NCBI GenBank assembly: GCA_039208735.1 | Contig: JBCCQY010000158.1 | Span: 1-22,021 of the forward strand | From: Myxococcota bacterium | GTDB lineage: Bacteria; Myxococcota_A; UBA796; GCA-2862545 | Length of the DNA: 22,021 nt | Direction: 5' to 3' | Part shown: piece by piece, positions 1 to 8,416 of the stretch | Numbering within the stretch: position 1 is the stretch's first letter | Layout of the letters: each line of letters opens with the position of its first letter | The notes under the pieces: model-generated | What the model was told of the DNA's origin: nothing | Database searches by the model: none | The model's input: only the letters and a program-made list of their open reading frames with translations | Program-made: the position numbers and the translations under genes

Positions 1-474
1 GACCCGTACGTGCTCGAGTTTCTCGGGCTGGACGAGCGGCCGCGCTACTCGGAATCGGACCTCGAGACGACGATCATCTCGAAGATGGAGCACTTCCTGC
101 TCGAGCTCGGGAAGGGGTTCCTCTTCGAGGGGCGCCAGCGTGGGTTCACGCTCGACGACGAGCACTTCTTCGTCGACCTGGTGTTCTACAACCGGCTGCT
201 CCGCTGCTTCGTGCTCATCGATCTGAAGATCGGCCGGATCACGCACCAGGACCTCGGCCAGATGCAGATGTACGTCAACTACTACGACCGCCACGTGAAG
301 ACGCCCGAGGAGGGGCCAACGGTCGGAATCCTGCTCTGCAAGCAGAACCGAGAAGCCCTGGTCGAAATCACGCTTCCCGAGGACGCGAACGTTCACGCTC
401 GCGAATATCGCTTGGTGCTACCAAGCAAGGCCGACCTCCGTACCAAGCTGCTCGAATGGTCGGCAGAGGATTAG
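1..474 (+). CDS. YhcG/DUF1016-family PD-(D/E)xK nuclease domain protein, 5'-partial
   Basis: Frame is open from base 1 (DPYVLEFLGL...). It carries the family motifs FLLELGKGF, FFVDLVFYNRLLRC, IDLK and DLGQMQMY, plus GILLC near the C-terminus. Stop TAG at 472-474. Confidence 0.9.
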   Translation, partial: DPYVLEFLGLDERPRYSESDLETTIISKMEHFLLELGKGFLFEGRQRGFTLDDEHFFVDLVFYNRLLRCFVLIDLKIGRITHQDLGQMQMYVNYYDRHVKTPEEGPTVGILLCKQNREALVEITLPEDANVHAREYRLVLPSKADLRTKLLEWSAED

Positions 475-651
475 CGCTCCGCAAAGCCTAAGAAAGGCAC
501 TTCCGAAACTTGAGAAGCGCGACGCTAACTTGATCCGTAAAGCCGTGTGAACCTGAACTAGGTTCGTTGGTTTCGGACGATCCCGCTGCTATATTCATGA
601 CTGAAACAGGGACTACGAGCCGAAGCAAAACAATCTCATTGAGTAGCACCA

Positions 652-1375
652 ATGCTGGTACGTGAGCTTCTGGACGATGCCTACTGGCTCGAAGGATCGT
701 CTTGGGTGACTCGCCCGGCAACGCTCAACTGGCACTCGAGCCTTCCGAGATCGACGACATCGTTTCGAGGAGGCTCAAGCCTAGGTCATCTCACACCGAG
801 ACGGCTTCCTCTTTCAGCTGATGATGTGGCTGGCTGCACACCTTGACCTTGCAGATGGCGACATCGTCGCTCGACCGCACACGCAAGCATCGGCCAAGGG
901 ACAGGACTTCCTTGTCGTGCATCGGAACGAGCAGTCCGTCGTGGCGTTAACTATCTGCGACGACAAGGCAACGGACAACGCACGCAACATAGGTAGAGAG
1001 GAGGTATGGCCTGAAATCGCGGCGTACGAAGCAGGAGGCCGACGCGATAAACTGCGTTCGAATGTCATCGCTACCCTTGGCCTTGCGGGGATACCCGAAG
1101 AGGAGTCGATAGCGCTCGTGAGGCGGACTCCTGAAAAAGAACTCCGTCGCTATCGCGTGAGAGTGGCATCAAGCGGTACGCGCACGAAGACGCTCTTCAA
1201 GGGCTTCGACGACGTTGTTCCCGGACCATTGGAGCGCCGACGTGGGGAATCCGTCAACATCCCACATCTGCGGAAGTGGATGGCCGAGTTGGCCGGCAAG
1301 GTCGAAGCCGCGCTCCGTGACTACGCTACAGGAGGACTAGGCCCTGAACAAGCGGTCACCGTGGCAAGTTGGTGA
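652..1375 (+). pseudogene. Frameshifted PD-(D/E)xK-like nuclease (possibly HamA/Hachiman-like)
   Basis: Protein-like text is spread over three frames: MLVRELLDDAYWLEGSSW (652), AQLALEPSEIDDIVSRRLKP (723) and HRDGFLFQLMMWLAAH...KGQD...ICDDKAT...VWPEI..YEAG.R (794-1375). The last frame has an in-frame TAG at 782-784. KGQD...DDK resembles a PD-(D/E)xK site. The family call is inferred. Confidence 0.5.
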
Positions 1376-1445
1376 GGGAAAAGCCTGGGAGATGGGTAGA
1401 AAGGGTTTGCTTAATCCCCAACCTCCCACCCAGCGAGATCCCCAG

Positions 1446-1506
1446 GTGAGCCGAACCGTAGCTCAACAGGCGAAGAAGAAGCAACGCCGGATCCGTCGAA
1501 GGTTGT
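1446..1506 (+). pseudogene. Possible N-terminal scrap of a transposase (IS1380-like)
   Basis: GTG-started MSRTVAQQAKKKQRRIRRRL, a basic N-terminus reminiscent of IS1380 transposases, abuts the truncated IS630 end. Short and tentative. Confidence 0.25.
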
Positions 1507-2196
1507 CCAGCACTACGATGTCCCCCGGCTGCAGCTCCGGACAGAGCACCTGCTCGGTGTAGGCGATGAAGACCTCGCTGGAGGTGCCGCCTTCGACGGT
1601 CATCACTGCCGTGAGGCCCTCGAGCGTGAGGGCTCCGATGAGGGTGGTCACCTTGCCTCGGTTGCGTGGAACATCGTCGTGGACGCGTTGGCCTCGGACA
1701 GCGCGGCCGAACCGACGGGCCATCGCGATGTTCGACCCCGTCTCGTCGATGCAGAACACCCGGTTGGCTTCGATGAGCCCTTGCCATCGGATGAAGTCGG
1801 CCCGACGTCGTTGGACTTCAGGCCGCAGCTGTTCGGTCGCTACGAAACTCTTTTTTCGAGTCAGCCCCAGCCGGATGAGCGTTCGAGACATCGCGGCTGT
1901 GCTGATGGTCACGGGCATGACCTCGTTGTACCGCTCGGTGAACTCGGCGATGGTCAGGTCCGGCTCGGCGGAGACCAAGCTGCGAACTAGGGCCTCCCCC
2001 TTCTTGTCGACCTTGCGCTGCGGTCGTCCTCCACGGTTCGCCGCCGGCTCCAGGCTCTCCTGTCGGCGCTGCCGGGCCACCATTCGCACCACAGTGGCCA
2101 CACCGACGTCGAATCGCTCGGCAATCTCGCCCTGCGTGCTGCCGCCCGCTTCCCAGGCGGCACGATGCGTCGGCGTAGGTCCATCGAAAGGGCTCC
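1499..2196 (-). mobile_element. IS630-family transposase remnant (frameshifted, C-terminally truncated)
   Basis: ALSMDLRRRIV shifts frame near 2160 into AAWEAGGSTQGEIAERFDVGVATV (HTH). It continues through LGLTRKK, FCIDETG (first Asp), PRNRGKVTTLIGAL and GDIVVLDNL (second Asp), then breaks off with no catalytic Glu region. Confidence 0.88.
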
Positions 2197-2197
2197 T

Positions 2198-2218
2198 GAG
2201 CCGCAATCCGTGCGGCTC
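2198..2218 (-). terminator. GC-rich hairpin downstream of the hydrolase gene
   Basis: Perfect 8-bp inverted repeat GAGCCGCA-atccg-TGCGGCTC about 50 nt past the hydrolase stop. No clear U-tract. Confidence 0.35.
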
Positions 2219-2270
2219 GTGAGGGTCGAGTCGTGCGGCGAGGCGCAGCGTGAAGACCCCAGCCGACCGA

Positions 2271-3221
2271 TCAGGGAGCGGCGACCTCCAGAAGGAACGG
2301 TGCCACGACTTGATCCCAGGTCTCGGGGCGGGACCGGGCCAGCTCGGCGTGCGGGAAACCCTCGACCAGGACCGCGCGCCCGACGGGGAACGCCGCCGCG
2401 AGCGCTCGCGTCTCCTCGGGCCGTACCCGGGCATCGGCCGTGCCGCCGACCACCAGAGCCGGCGCCCCCACGCCGCGGGCGTCATCGACGGGGGCGATCC
2501 GGTACGGATCGAGCCCGGACTGGAGGCCACCCCAGAACAGCAGCAAGTCGGCCGGGCCCCGCGCAGGCAGACCCATAGCTTCGAACCGGTGGCCCACGGT
2601 GGTGTGGAGCCGGTCGAAGCTGGCCTCCGCCACCACCGCGCTGGTCGGCACCCCCAGGCGCCCGGCGGCTCCGATGATCGCCGCTGCCCCCATGGAGAAG
2701 CCGTACAGCACCGGCTGGGGGTCGCCGAGCGTCGAGCCGACGTAGCGCGCCACCACGGCTACGTCGTCTGCCTCGCCGAACCCGAGGGTGGTGGTGTGGC
2801 CGTCCGACGCGCCCACGCCCCGCAGATCGGGCGCGGCGACCGTGTAGCCGAGGCCGTGCAGACGGTGGATGGTCGCGAACAGCTGGCTGTGCTCGGCCGC
2901 GTAGCCGTGCACCACGACCACGGTCCTCGGCCCGCCCGGGACCTCCAGCGTCGACAGTGGGCCCACCGGACCGTCGAGCAGGACGTAGTGACCGCCGAGT
3001 CCGTGATCGGCTGGGGTGGAGGTGGCTCGCGGGCGAGGGATCGTGACGCCGAACACGAGCGTGCGGAGCTTGTCTGCGAGGGACAGCTCCTCGGGCGGCG
3101 GCGTTCGCTGCCCCGCCGGAACGAAGGTGGTCATCGCCCGGGCGTGTTGCCAGACCACCGCTTGCGAGAGGACGGCGAGGCCCCCGACGGCCCCTCCGAT
3201 CCACCATTGCCATCGTACCAT
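2271..3221 (-). CDS. Alpha/beta hydrolase (serine aminopeptidase S33-like) with N-terminal membrane anchor
   Basis: VVVHGY oxyanion motif, PDLRGVGASDG, nucleophile motif GFSMG, Asp in GTADARV and His in FPHAEL. Hydrophobic N-terminus. The start may be 3221 (MVRWQWW) or 3257. Confidence 0.9.
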   Translation of the reverse strand: MVRWQWWIGGAVGGLAVLSQAVVWQHARAMTTFVPAGQRTPPPEELSLADKLRTLVFGVTIPRPRATSTPADHGLGGHYVLLDGPVGPLSTLEVPGGPRTVVVVHGYAAEHSQLFATIHRLHGLGYTVAAPDLRGVGASDGHTTTLGFGEADDVAVVARYVGSTLGDPQPVLYGFSMGAAAIIGAAGRLGVPTSAVVAEASFDRLHTTVGHRFEAMGLPARGPADLLLFWGGLQSGLDPYRIAPVDDARGVGAPALVVGGTADARVRPEETRALAAAFPVGRAVLVEGFPHAELARSRPETWDQVVAPFLLEVAAP

Positions 3222-3369
3222 CGGTCTCGGGCTATCCGGCCCATCGTGACCGATCAACGAAGCCGGGAGGCGTAGCCCTGCTGCGCGCGTGATGATCCGG
3301 GGACGACCCGCATCGGCGAAATTTATGGGGTTAGCGAATTACGCGTAGGGTTCTGACGAGCCAACGTTG

Positions 3370-3808
3370 ACGCTGGAGCGCGTTCCCCAGGTTCCACGGT
3401 ACGATGAGGCATTCCGATTCCTCGCACCCCGTCTCGCCCGACTTCGTTTCCTGGTCGTGCGATACCGCCTGGCCGCTGGTGGTTCGCTCTCCGAGGCGCC
3501 CAGCGGCTACCTCCTCGAAGCCAGGGGGTGGTCTCCGGGTTCCCCAACCGGTCGATGCAGACGGACGATTCGAGGCCTCCCACGTCAGCTCTCACAAGCA
3601 GTTGTCCAATTTCGAGGCTCAATCACGCGGCCTGCCAGCTCGCTGTCTACGCTTCGCCGTCGAGGTCGCCCGCGACGACGCCAGACTCGCTTCCGGGTGG
3701 TGGCTTGCCTTTCCCGGGCGGGATTCGGACCCGCCAGATCCCTTTCAGAGGTTTCGACTCACGTTTCAATTGTTGTCTTCCTCCTCTGACAGGCTTCGCC
3801 TGGCGCAC
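3370..3808 (-). mobile_element. Group II intron 5' fragment (domain I to start of domain III; no RT ORF, no DV/DVI)
   Basis: The minus strand begins with the canonical GUGCG (3808-3804). It contains typical bacterial intron segments GCGAAGCGTAGACAG, GCGTGATTGAGCCTCGAAA and GGAATCGGA..CTCATCGTACCG..GAACCTGGGGAAC, and similarity ends near 3370. Putative EBS2 TGGACA pairs with exon positions -13..-8. Confidence 0.85.
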
Positions 3809-3846
3809 TGCTATCTGGACACTTTTCGCGAACGCCGCTCCTACCC

Positions 3847-5706
3847 CTAGTAGAGGTAGGCCGCGCCTGAGCCTTGGGCTGCGTCCCCTGCCTGATTGCC
3901 GTCGATCCCGGTAGCCTCGCTGTCCTCGCCATCTGCTCCCACAGCGAGGGTCGAGCCTTCGTCGCTTAGGTCAACCGCGAGGCCGAAGGAGTCGTTTGCA
4001 TCGGTGTTGGGTGCCTTGACGTAGGACCGCTGCGACCACACGGCGCCGTCGTTCGTAAACACGTACACCGCCCCGGAGTCGCTTGCTTCGTCGTCTACGC
4101 CTCCATCGCCAGCGTCAAGCCCGATCACGTCGGAGTTCTCCGACGGCGCACCGACCGCGAGCATGCTTCCGTCACTGCTAAGCGCGATGGCGTGCCCAAA
4201 GTTGTCGTTGATGCCCGTGTTCGAGGCCTTGATGTAGGTAGTCGGGGCCCACCCGTTTGAGTTCCGGTCGTACATGTAGACGGCCCCGGAGCTCGGTGCG
4301 TCGTCGTCTTCGCCGTTCCCGACACCCACGGCACTGCCATCCTCGCGGTCACTACCCACTGCAAGCACGTTGCCATCGTCGCTAAGGGCGACACTGACTC
4401 CGAACTGGTCGGTAAAGCCTGGATTCGAAGCTTTGACGTAGGCTTGTTGGGCCCAGGTGCCGCTGCCGTCGGAGAACACATAGGCTGCACCCGAGCCGGA
4501 GGTCGCCCCGTCGTTGCCGCCATACCCATCAATCCCGGGCGAGCTGCCGTCTTCGAACGTCGCCCCCGCCGCCAAGGTGCGGCCGTCGCCGCTAAGCGCG
4601 ACCGACGAACCAAAGAAGTCCGCGGGGTCTGGGTTCGAGGCCTTGATGTAGATCTCTTGTCCCCAGGTGGTGCCCGAACGGCGGTAGAGGTAGACCGCTC
4701 CGGCATTCGGCGTCTCGTCGTTCTGGGGCGCACCGACTTCGGAGCCGTCCCCATCCTCGCCCGGAGCGCCAACGGCGAGCATCTCGCCGTTGTTGCTCAG
4801 GCTAACGGCGAGACCGAACTCATCGTCCTCTCCCGGGTTGGAGGCTTTGATGTAGGCTTGCTCCGACCACGCTTGGGCGTTGTCTCGAACGAACACGTAG
4901 ACCGCTCCAGAGTCCGCGGCCCCGCTCGAGGCTGGATCGCCGGCCGCGGCATCCTCACCGGTCGCGGACACCGCCAAGACGTTTCCGTTCGCGCTCAGCG
5001 CGACCGAGTCGCCAAAATGGTCGTCATCGTCTCCGTTGGAGGGCTTGATGTAGGCCTGTTGAGTCCAGCGCCCCTCGTCGTCCCGAGCGAGGATGTAGAC
5101 CGCTCCTACGTCGTCGGCTTCGTCGTCGTTCGCTCCGTCTACCTCTCTTGCCGAGCCATCCTCGAACGGTGCCCCAACAGCTAGGGTGGTGCCGTCGTCG
5201 CTGATCGCAATCGCGGCCCCAAAACCGTCTTGAGACCCGGTGTTCGATCCCTTGATGTAGCCGACGGCATCGACGATCATTTCGGTGACGGCCACCGGGT
5301 CGGAGTCTGTGCACCCCTGCGCGTTGCAGGCACTCAAGAGGTAGCTTGATTCAACTCGAAGGTGCAGGGGCAAGGTATACATTACCGACACCGAAGTACC
5401 CCCGATGTCTGGGCCGAGTTGCACAAACTCCTCCGTCGGGTCGGCGCGCTCGAACACTTGGTGCGAGGTTGCTCCCTCAACGACACTCCAGGACAGCTCG
5501 AGTTGCTTGACCGGTGAGAAGGAAAGGGTGAATGCGGGAGCATCCGGACGCATACCGGGGTTGACAGGACCGCCGGTGTCCTCTCCCGTCTCGTCCGCGA
5601 CCGGGCTCGAGCCGGCCGTCGGCAGGTCGGGCGAGGTGTCGTCACTCGCGTTGCCACAGCCTACGAGGGCGAGCAAAAGAAGGAAATGGGGAGTTCGGAA
5701 CATCAT
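3847..5706 (-). CDS. FG-GAP (integrin-alpha-like) repeat beta-propeller lipoprotein
   Basis: Lipoprotein signal MMFRTPHFLLLLALVG-C and an FN3-like N-domain (LSWSVVEGATSHQV...SACNAQGC). Seven repeats of Y(I/V)KxxN...D.FG..VALS.DG..LAVGA..ED...GAVY. The ORF-track extension to 6060 is not protein-like. Confidence 0.92.
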   Translation of the reverse strand: MMFRTPHFLLLLALVGCGNASDDTSPDLPTAGSSPVADETGEDTGGPVNPGMRPDAPAFTLSFSPVKQLELSWSVVEGATSHQVFERADPTEEFVQLGPDIGGTSVSVMYTLPLHLRVESSYLLSACNAQGCTDSDPVAVTEMIVDAVGYIKGSNTGSQDGFGAAIAISDDGTTLAVGAPFEDGSAREVDGANDDEADDVGAVYILARDDEGRWTQQAYIKPSNGDDDDHFGDSVALSANGNVLAVSATGEDAAAGDPASSGAADSGAVYVFVRDNAQAWSEQAYIKASNPGEDDEFGLAVSLSNNGEMLAVGAPGEDGDGSEVGAPQNDETPNAGAVYLYRRSGTTWGQEIYIKASNPDPADFFGSSVALSGDGRTLAAGATFEDGSSPGIDGYGGNDGATSGSGAAYVFSDGSGTWAQQAYVKASNPGFTDQFGVSVALSDDGNVLAVGSDREDGSAVGVGNGEDDDAPSSGAVYMYDRNSNGWAPTTYIKASNTGINDNFGHAIALSSDGSMLAVGAPSENSDVIGLDAGDGGVDDEASDSGAVYVFTNDGAVWSQRSYVKAPNTDANDSFGLAVDLSDEGSTLAVGADGEDSEATGIDGNQAGDAAQGSGAAYLY

Positions 5707-5801
5707 GGGGACCTCAGTGTCATCGTCGAGCGAGCAACAACCCCTTAAGCCCGACCGACCAAGGGCGGAGCTGTGAAAGAACCTACCCGCATGGCTGACT
5801 G

Positions 5802-6182
5802 CTATGGGTAGCGCCGGCATTCGAACCAGCAACGCCTCTCGCTTGTGTGTACCCGGTGGCCCACCCAAAACCGCTCTGCGAGCCTCGTAGCCTTTTTGCG
5901 AACGTCCTCGGGCAGCCACCGACACCACCACAAGTCCGCCCCGTGGGTGGTCGTGCTCGCGAAGCGCCGCAGCAAGTCCATCGTTCGTCGGGCCGGCCGG
6001 GGGCTGCCACTCACCAACCGAGGAAGGTCGTCCTGCAGCACGCGGCGTCGGTCGTCCCAATGGTCCTGCCCCTTCTCGACCTGCAGCACCTCGTAGACGG
6101 TCTCGGGCTTGATCCGTTCCGCATCAGCCACCCAGCGAAGCGCGAGGTCCTGGGAGTCGGTTCCGATGACCTGGCGAACCAG
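5802..6182 (-). pseudogene. Internal fragment of a larger protein (resembles the helical linker of NACHT/FGE-sulfatase proteins)
   Basis: GC3-rich open frame LVRQVIGTDSQDLALRWVADAERIKPETVYEVL...MDLLRRFASTTTHGADLWW with no proper start; an in-frame TAG lies just upstream. The family resemblance is from memory. Confidence 0.35.
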
Positions 6183-6201
6183 CTAGGCTGGCTCCAACGG
6201 C

Positions 6202-6304
6202 CGTCAGGATATCGAGCACCGTGGAGCAGAATGTTGATGCCGGCGAGGCCTCGAGGTGAAAACCGACGGATTTCCTTCTTTGTGATGAGTTCTGTAGCTG
6301 CCAA
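6202..6304 (-). pseudogene. Remnant of a divergent gene, possibly a type I R-M HsdM methyltransferase with an internal deletion
   Basis: TTG-started MAATELITKKEI, whose differences from the second repeat copy are mostly synonymous, is followed by LAGINILLHGARYP, resembling the HsdM LAxMN(L/M)xLHG motif. Confidence 0.3.
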
Positions 6305-6554
6305 GCTCGCCTAAGCCGCACCAAAATTGTACCTTGGAGGGATAGCGTACAGTGCTCTCGGAAGGACCAATGGCCTGGATCGTTAGTGATTCCCACACGT
6401 TGGGTGCCAACCACGAGTCCGCGGCACGAGGCTTTCCGTTGCGTTCGTACTTGAACTCGTCGCGTCGGGCGGGACTCGTGAGCAAATCCTGGATTCCTAT
6501 CCACATCTCGCTCTGGAGGGTCTTGATGCCGCGCTGAAATACGCGCGCGGCGCT
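6270..6554 (+). repeat. ~285-bp dispersed repeat, copy 1 (copy 2 at 14183-14471)
   Basis: Aligns by eye over its length with 14183-14471, e.g. CCTAAGCCGCACCAAAA, GGATCGTTAGTGATTCCCACACGTTGGGTG and GAGCAAATCCTGGATTCCTATCC, with scattered substitutions and 1-nt indels. Confidence 0.95.
6370..6554 (+). pseudogene. DUF433 antitoxin pseudogene (frameshifted, 3'-truncated)
   Basis: MAWIVSDSHTLG, then a 1-nt deletion relative to the intact copy (TGGGTGCCAA vs TGGGTGGCCAA) near 6406. Homology stops at ~6554 and no toxin gene follows. Confidence 0.85.
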
Positions 6555-6589
6555 CAATTCCGCACACCAGACTCAATCGCGCGTGCAGA

Positions 6590-6605
6590 GCCAACTTGTG
6601 CCAAC
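6590..6605 (+). promoter_or_regulatory. Putative integrase arm-type binding repeat
   Basis: Direct repeat GCCAAC-ttgt-GCCAAC with a 10-bp period, ~60 bp from the att core and separated from it by an AT-rich spacer. Confidence 0.4.
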
Positions 6606-6664
6606 CTGAAAAGGGCAAGCCGTAAAATAAAGTCAACACCATATCAATGCCCCAAAGAAACTTG

Positions 6665-6706
6665 TTCCTAATCAGTAGGCCGGACGTTCGAATCGTCTCG
6701 GGGTTA
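6665..6706 (+). other. tRNA-Arg(CCT) 3' half; putative attR of a tRNA-integrated island
   Basis: Anticodon loop TTCCTAA, stem TCAGT, variable loop AGGCC, T-arm GGACG-TTCGAAT-CGTCT, acceptor 3' strand CGGGGTT and discriminator A. No D-arm or 5' acceptor strand upstream. Confidence 0.82.
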
Positions 6707-6721
6707 CTGTTTCGAAGCCGA

Positions 6722-6753
6722 CTCTCAGATTTCAGCCATGATGAATCTGGGAG
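6722..6753 (+). terminator. Hairpin downstream of the tRNA 3' fragment
   Basis: CTCTCAGATT ... AATCTGGGAG forms a 10-bp stem with one G-U pair, 15 nt after the discriminator base. Confidence 0.5.
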
Positions 6754-6832
6754 AACATCTGCCTATGGGTTCGGGTCCTGAATTGGCCCGTTCATCGAAA
6801 CCACTTGCGGCGAGATGCCGTGGTTCATTCTG

Positions 6833-8365
6833 TCAGATCGTGGCCAGTGCCTCAGCGCAAGCCATGGGCGTCAACGTCGCCAGGTGGCCCTTGCCCCGGT
6901 TCACGGGCAGATCGGAGAGCTTCGGCAGCACCCATTCCAGATACGCGTCTGGCGCGATGGCCAGACGCGTGCAGGTGCGGACCACCGTGAGCAGCTTCGC
7001 GAGCCAGGTGCCGCCCTCGTCGCTGCCCGCAAACAGCCAGTTCTTCCGGCCGCGCCCGATCGGCCCGAGCTCCCGCTCGGCGAGATTGTTCGTCATGGGC
7101 ACAGCGCCATCCGTCATGAAGCGGGTCAACGCGCACCAGTGGTTCAGGCAGTATTGAACCGCCTTGTAGAGCTCTTCGCTGGGGTCGAATCGGCCTTGAG
7201 TCGCCTTCATCCAGCGGTAGAATCCTCGCAGGAGCGGGATCGTGTCCCGTTTTCGTCGCGCCCGCCGCTCGGCGGCGGTGTCGCCCGCCCGATCCGCGGC
7301 AGTCTCGACGTCGAAGAGGGTTCCCATCCAGGCGATCGCTTCGGCCGCGGTGGCCGGACTGCTCGCCCGGGCCTGGTCGAACTTGTCCCGAGCATGGAAC
7401 CAGCAGCCATACTCTTCGATGCCCTGTCCGTACAGCCGGTCCATGTTGTTGGCGGCGTCGGCCACCAGCTTGCCCCGGCACCCGCCAGGCTGGCCCACTC
7501 CGAGGAACGCGTGCAGGTACTTGCCCGCCTTGGTCGGCGAGTAGAGGTAGGCCGTCAGCTGCTCGTTGCAGCACACCGCGATCTGACCGCGATGCTTGCC
7601 CGGCTCGCCGGGGTGCAGGGCATCGACCCCGGTACCGTCGAGGTGGAGCACGTCGCTGGTGAACAGCCTCGCCACGATGCGGTCGACGATCGGCGTGACG
7701 AGGTCTGCCGCGTGCCTCATCACGTTCGACATCGTCGACTTCGGGATGGTCAGGCCTTTGGCGGCCAGCTCATCGATGAGGCGCTTGAGCGGAAGATGAA
7801 GACTGAGCTTGCCATGGACGATGAACGCGATCAGCGCTGCGGTCATGGAGCCGTTGGGCATGGCCACCGGAGGAGTGGGGGCCGTGTGCATCGCTCCGCA
7901 GCACACGCACTCGGCCCGATGCAACCGCAGTTGGTGGACCCGCACGTGGGCTTTGACCAGGTCTCGGCGCTCCTGCACGAGCGGGTCGCGCTCCTCGAGC
8001 AGCGGCGTCGCGCAACACGCGAGGGTCGTGGCATCGACGGCGTGCTCCTCGACGTGGCGCTCGAGTTCCCCGGGCAGCAAACCTCGCCGTGGCGCGGTTC
8101 TCTCGGAGGACTCACCCGTCGGCTCCGGGGTGGACGGAGGGGCCGTCGGAACCTCCGCCTCTCCGGCAGCCGGGTCTCGGGGCATCGGCTTCGACTTCTT
8201 CTTCGAGCGCTTGCCCCCAGGCTTCTTCGTCAGCCATGCAACCTCGGCGAGCAGCTTGGCGAGCTGCTCTTGGAGCATCGCGTTCAGCCGGCGCTGCTGC
8301 GCGAGCTCTGCGCGCAGCTCCTCGTTCGTCGGTGCTGGCTCGTCGGTGGCCACACTCGGGTTCAA
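6833..8365 (-). CDS. tnpC: IS66 DDE transposase TnpC
   Basis: N-terminal coiled coil, Zn-ribbon (CC...CVCCG), HLPLKR, LHLDGT (D), LVADA (D), CWFHAR and TNNLAERELG..GRGRKNWLFAGS (E). Confidence 0.95.
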   Translation of the reverse strand: MNPSVATDEPAPTNEELRAELAQQRRLNAMLQEQLAKLLAEVAWLTKKPGGKRSKKKSKPMPRDPAAGEAEVPTAPPSTPEPTGESSERTAPRRGLLPGELERHVEEHAVDATTLACCATPLLEERDPLVQERRDLVKAHVRVHQLRLHRAECVCCGAMHTAPTPPVAMPNGSMTAALIAFIVHGKLSLHLPLKRLIDELAAKGLTIPKSTMSNVMRHAADLVTPIVDRIVARLFTSDVLHLDGTGVDALHPGEPGKHRGQIAVCCNEQLTAYLYSPTKAGKYLHAFLGVGQPGGCRGKLVADAANNMDRLYGQGIEEYGCWFHARDKFDQARASSPATAAEAIAWMGTLFDVETAADRAGDTAAERRARRKRDTIPLLRGFYRWMKATQGRFDPSEELYKAVQYCLNHWCALTRFMTDGAVPMTNNLAERELGPIGRGRKNWLFAGSDEGGTWLAKLLTVVRTCTRLAIAPDAYLEWVLPKLSDLPVNRGKGHLATLTPMACAEALATI

Positions 8366-8416
8366 TCCGGTTCTCGAGCCGATTTCAACCCCGACGGAAA
8401 TTGCGATCGAGCAACC

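Noticed and set aside
1845..1862. Programmed -1 frameshift at the IS630 A-run (CGAAAAAAG)
   Set aside because: The HTH and DDE parts are already in the same frame here, so no recoding is needed.
2197..2530. N-terminal extension of the IS630 ORF to 2530
   Set aside because: Out-of-frame overlap with the hydrolase 3' end. Transposase similarity begins near 2196.
3320..3368. GGGGTTAG... as a Tn3-like inverted repeat
   Set aside because: No partner repeat in the window and poor match beyond the initial GGGG.
3850..5260. Periodic repeats (e.g. GGCCTTGATGTAGG) as a possible CRISPR array
   Set aside because: These are degenerate ~200-bp-period coding repeats of the FG-GAP blades. There are no identical repeats with unique spacers and no cas genes.
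5707..6060. N-terminal extension of the FG-GAP ORF
   Set aside because: Low-complexity non-protein text. The lipoprotein signal peptide defines the start at 5706/5703.
6630..6706. Complete tRNA-Arg gene
   Set aside because: No D-arm and no 5' acceptor strand complementary to CGGGGTT at the right spacing. Only the 3' half is present.
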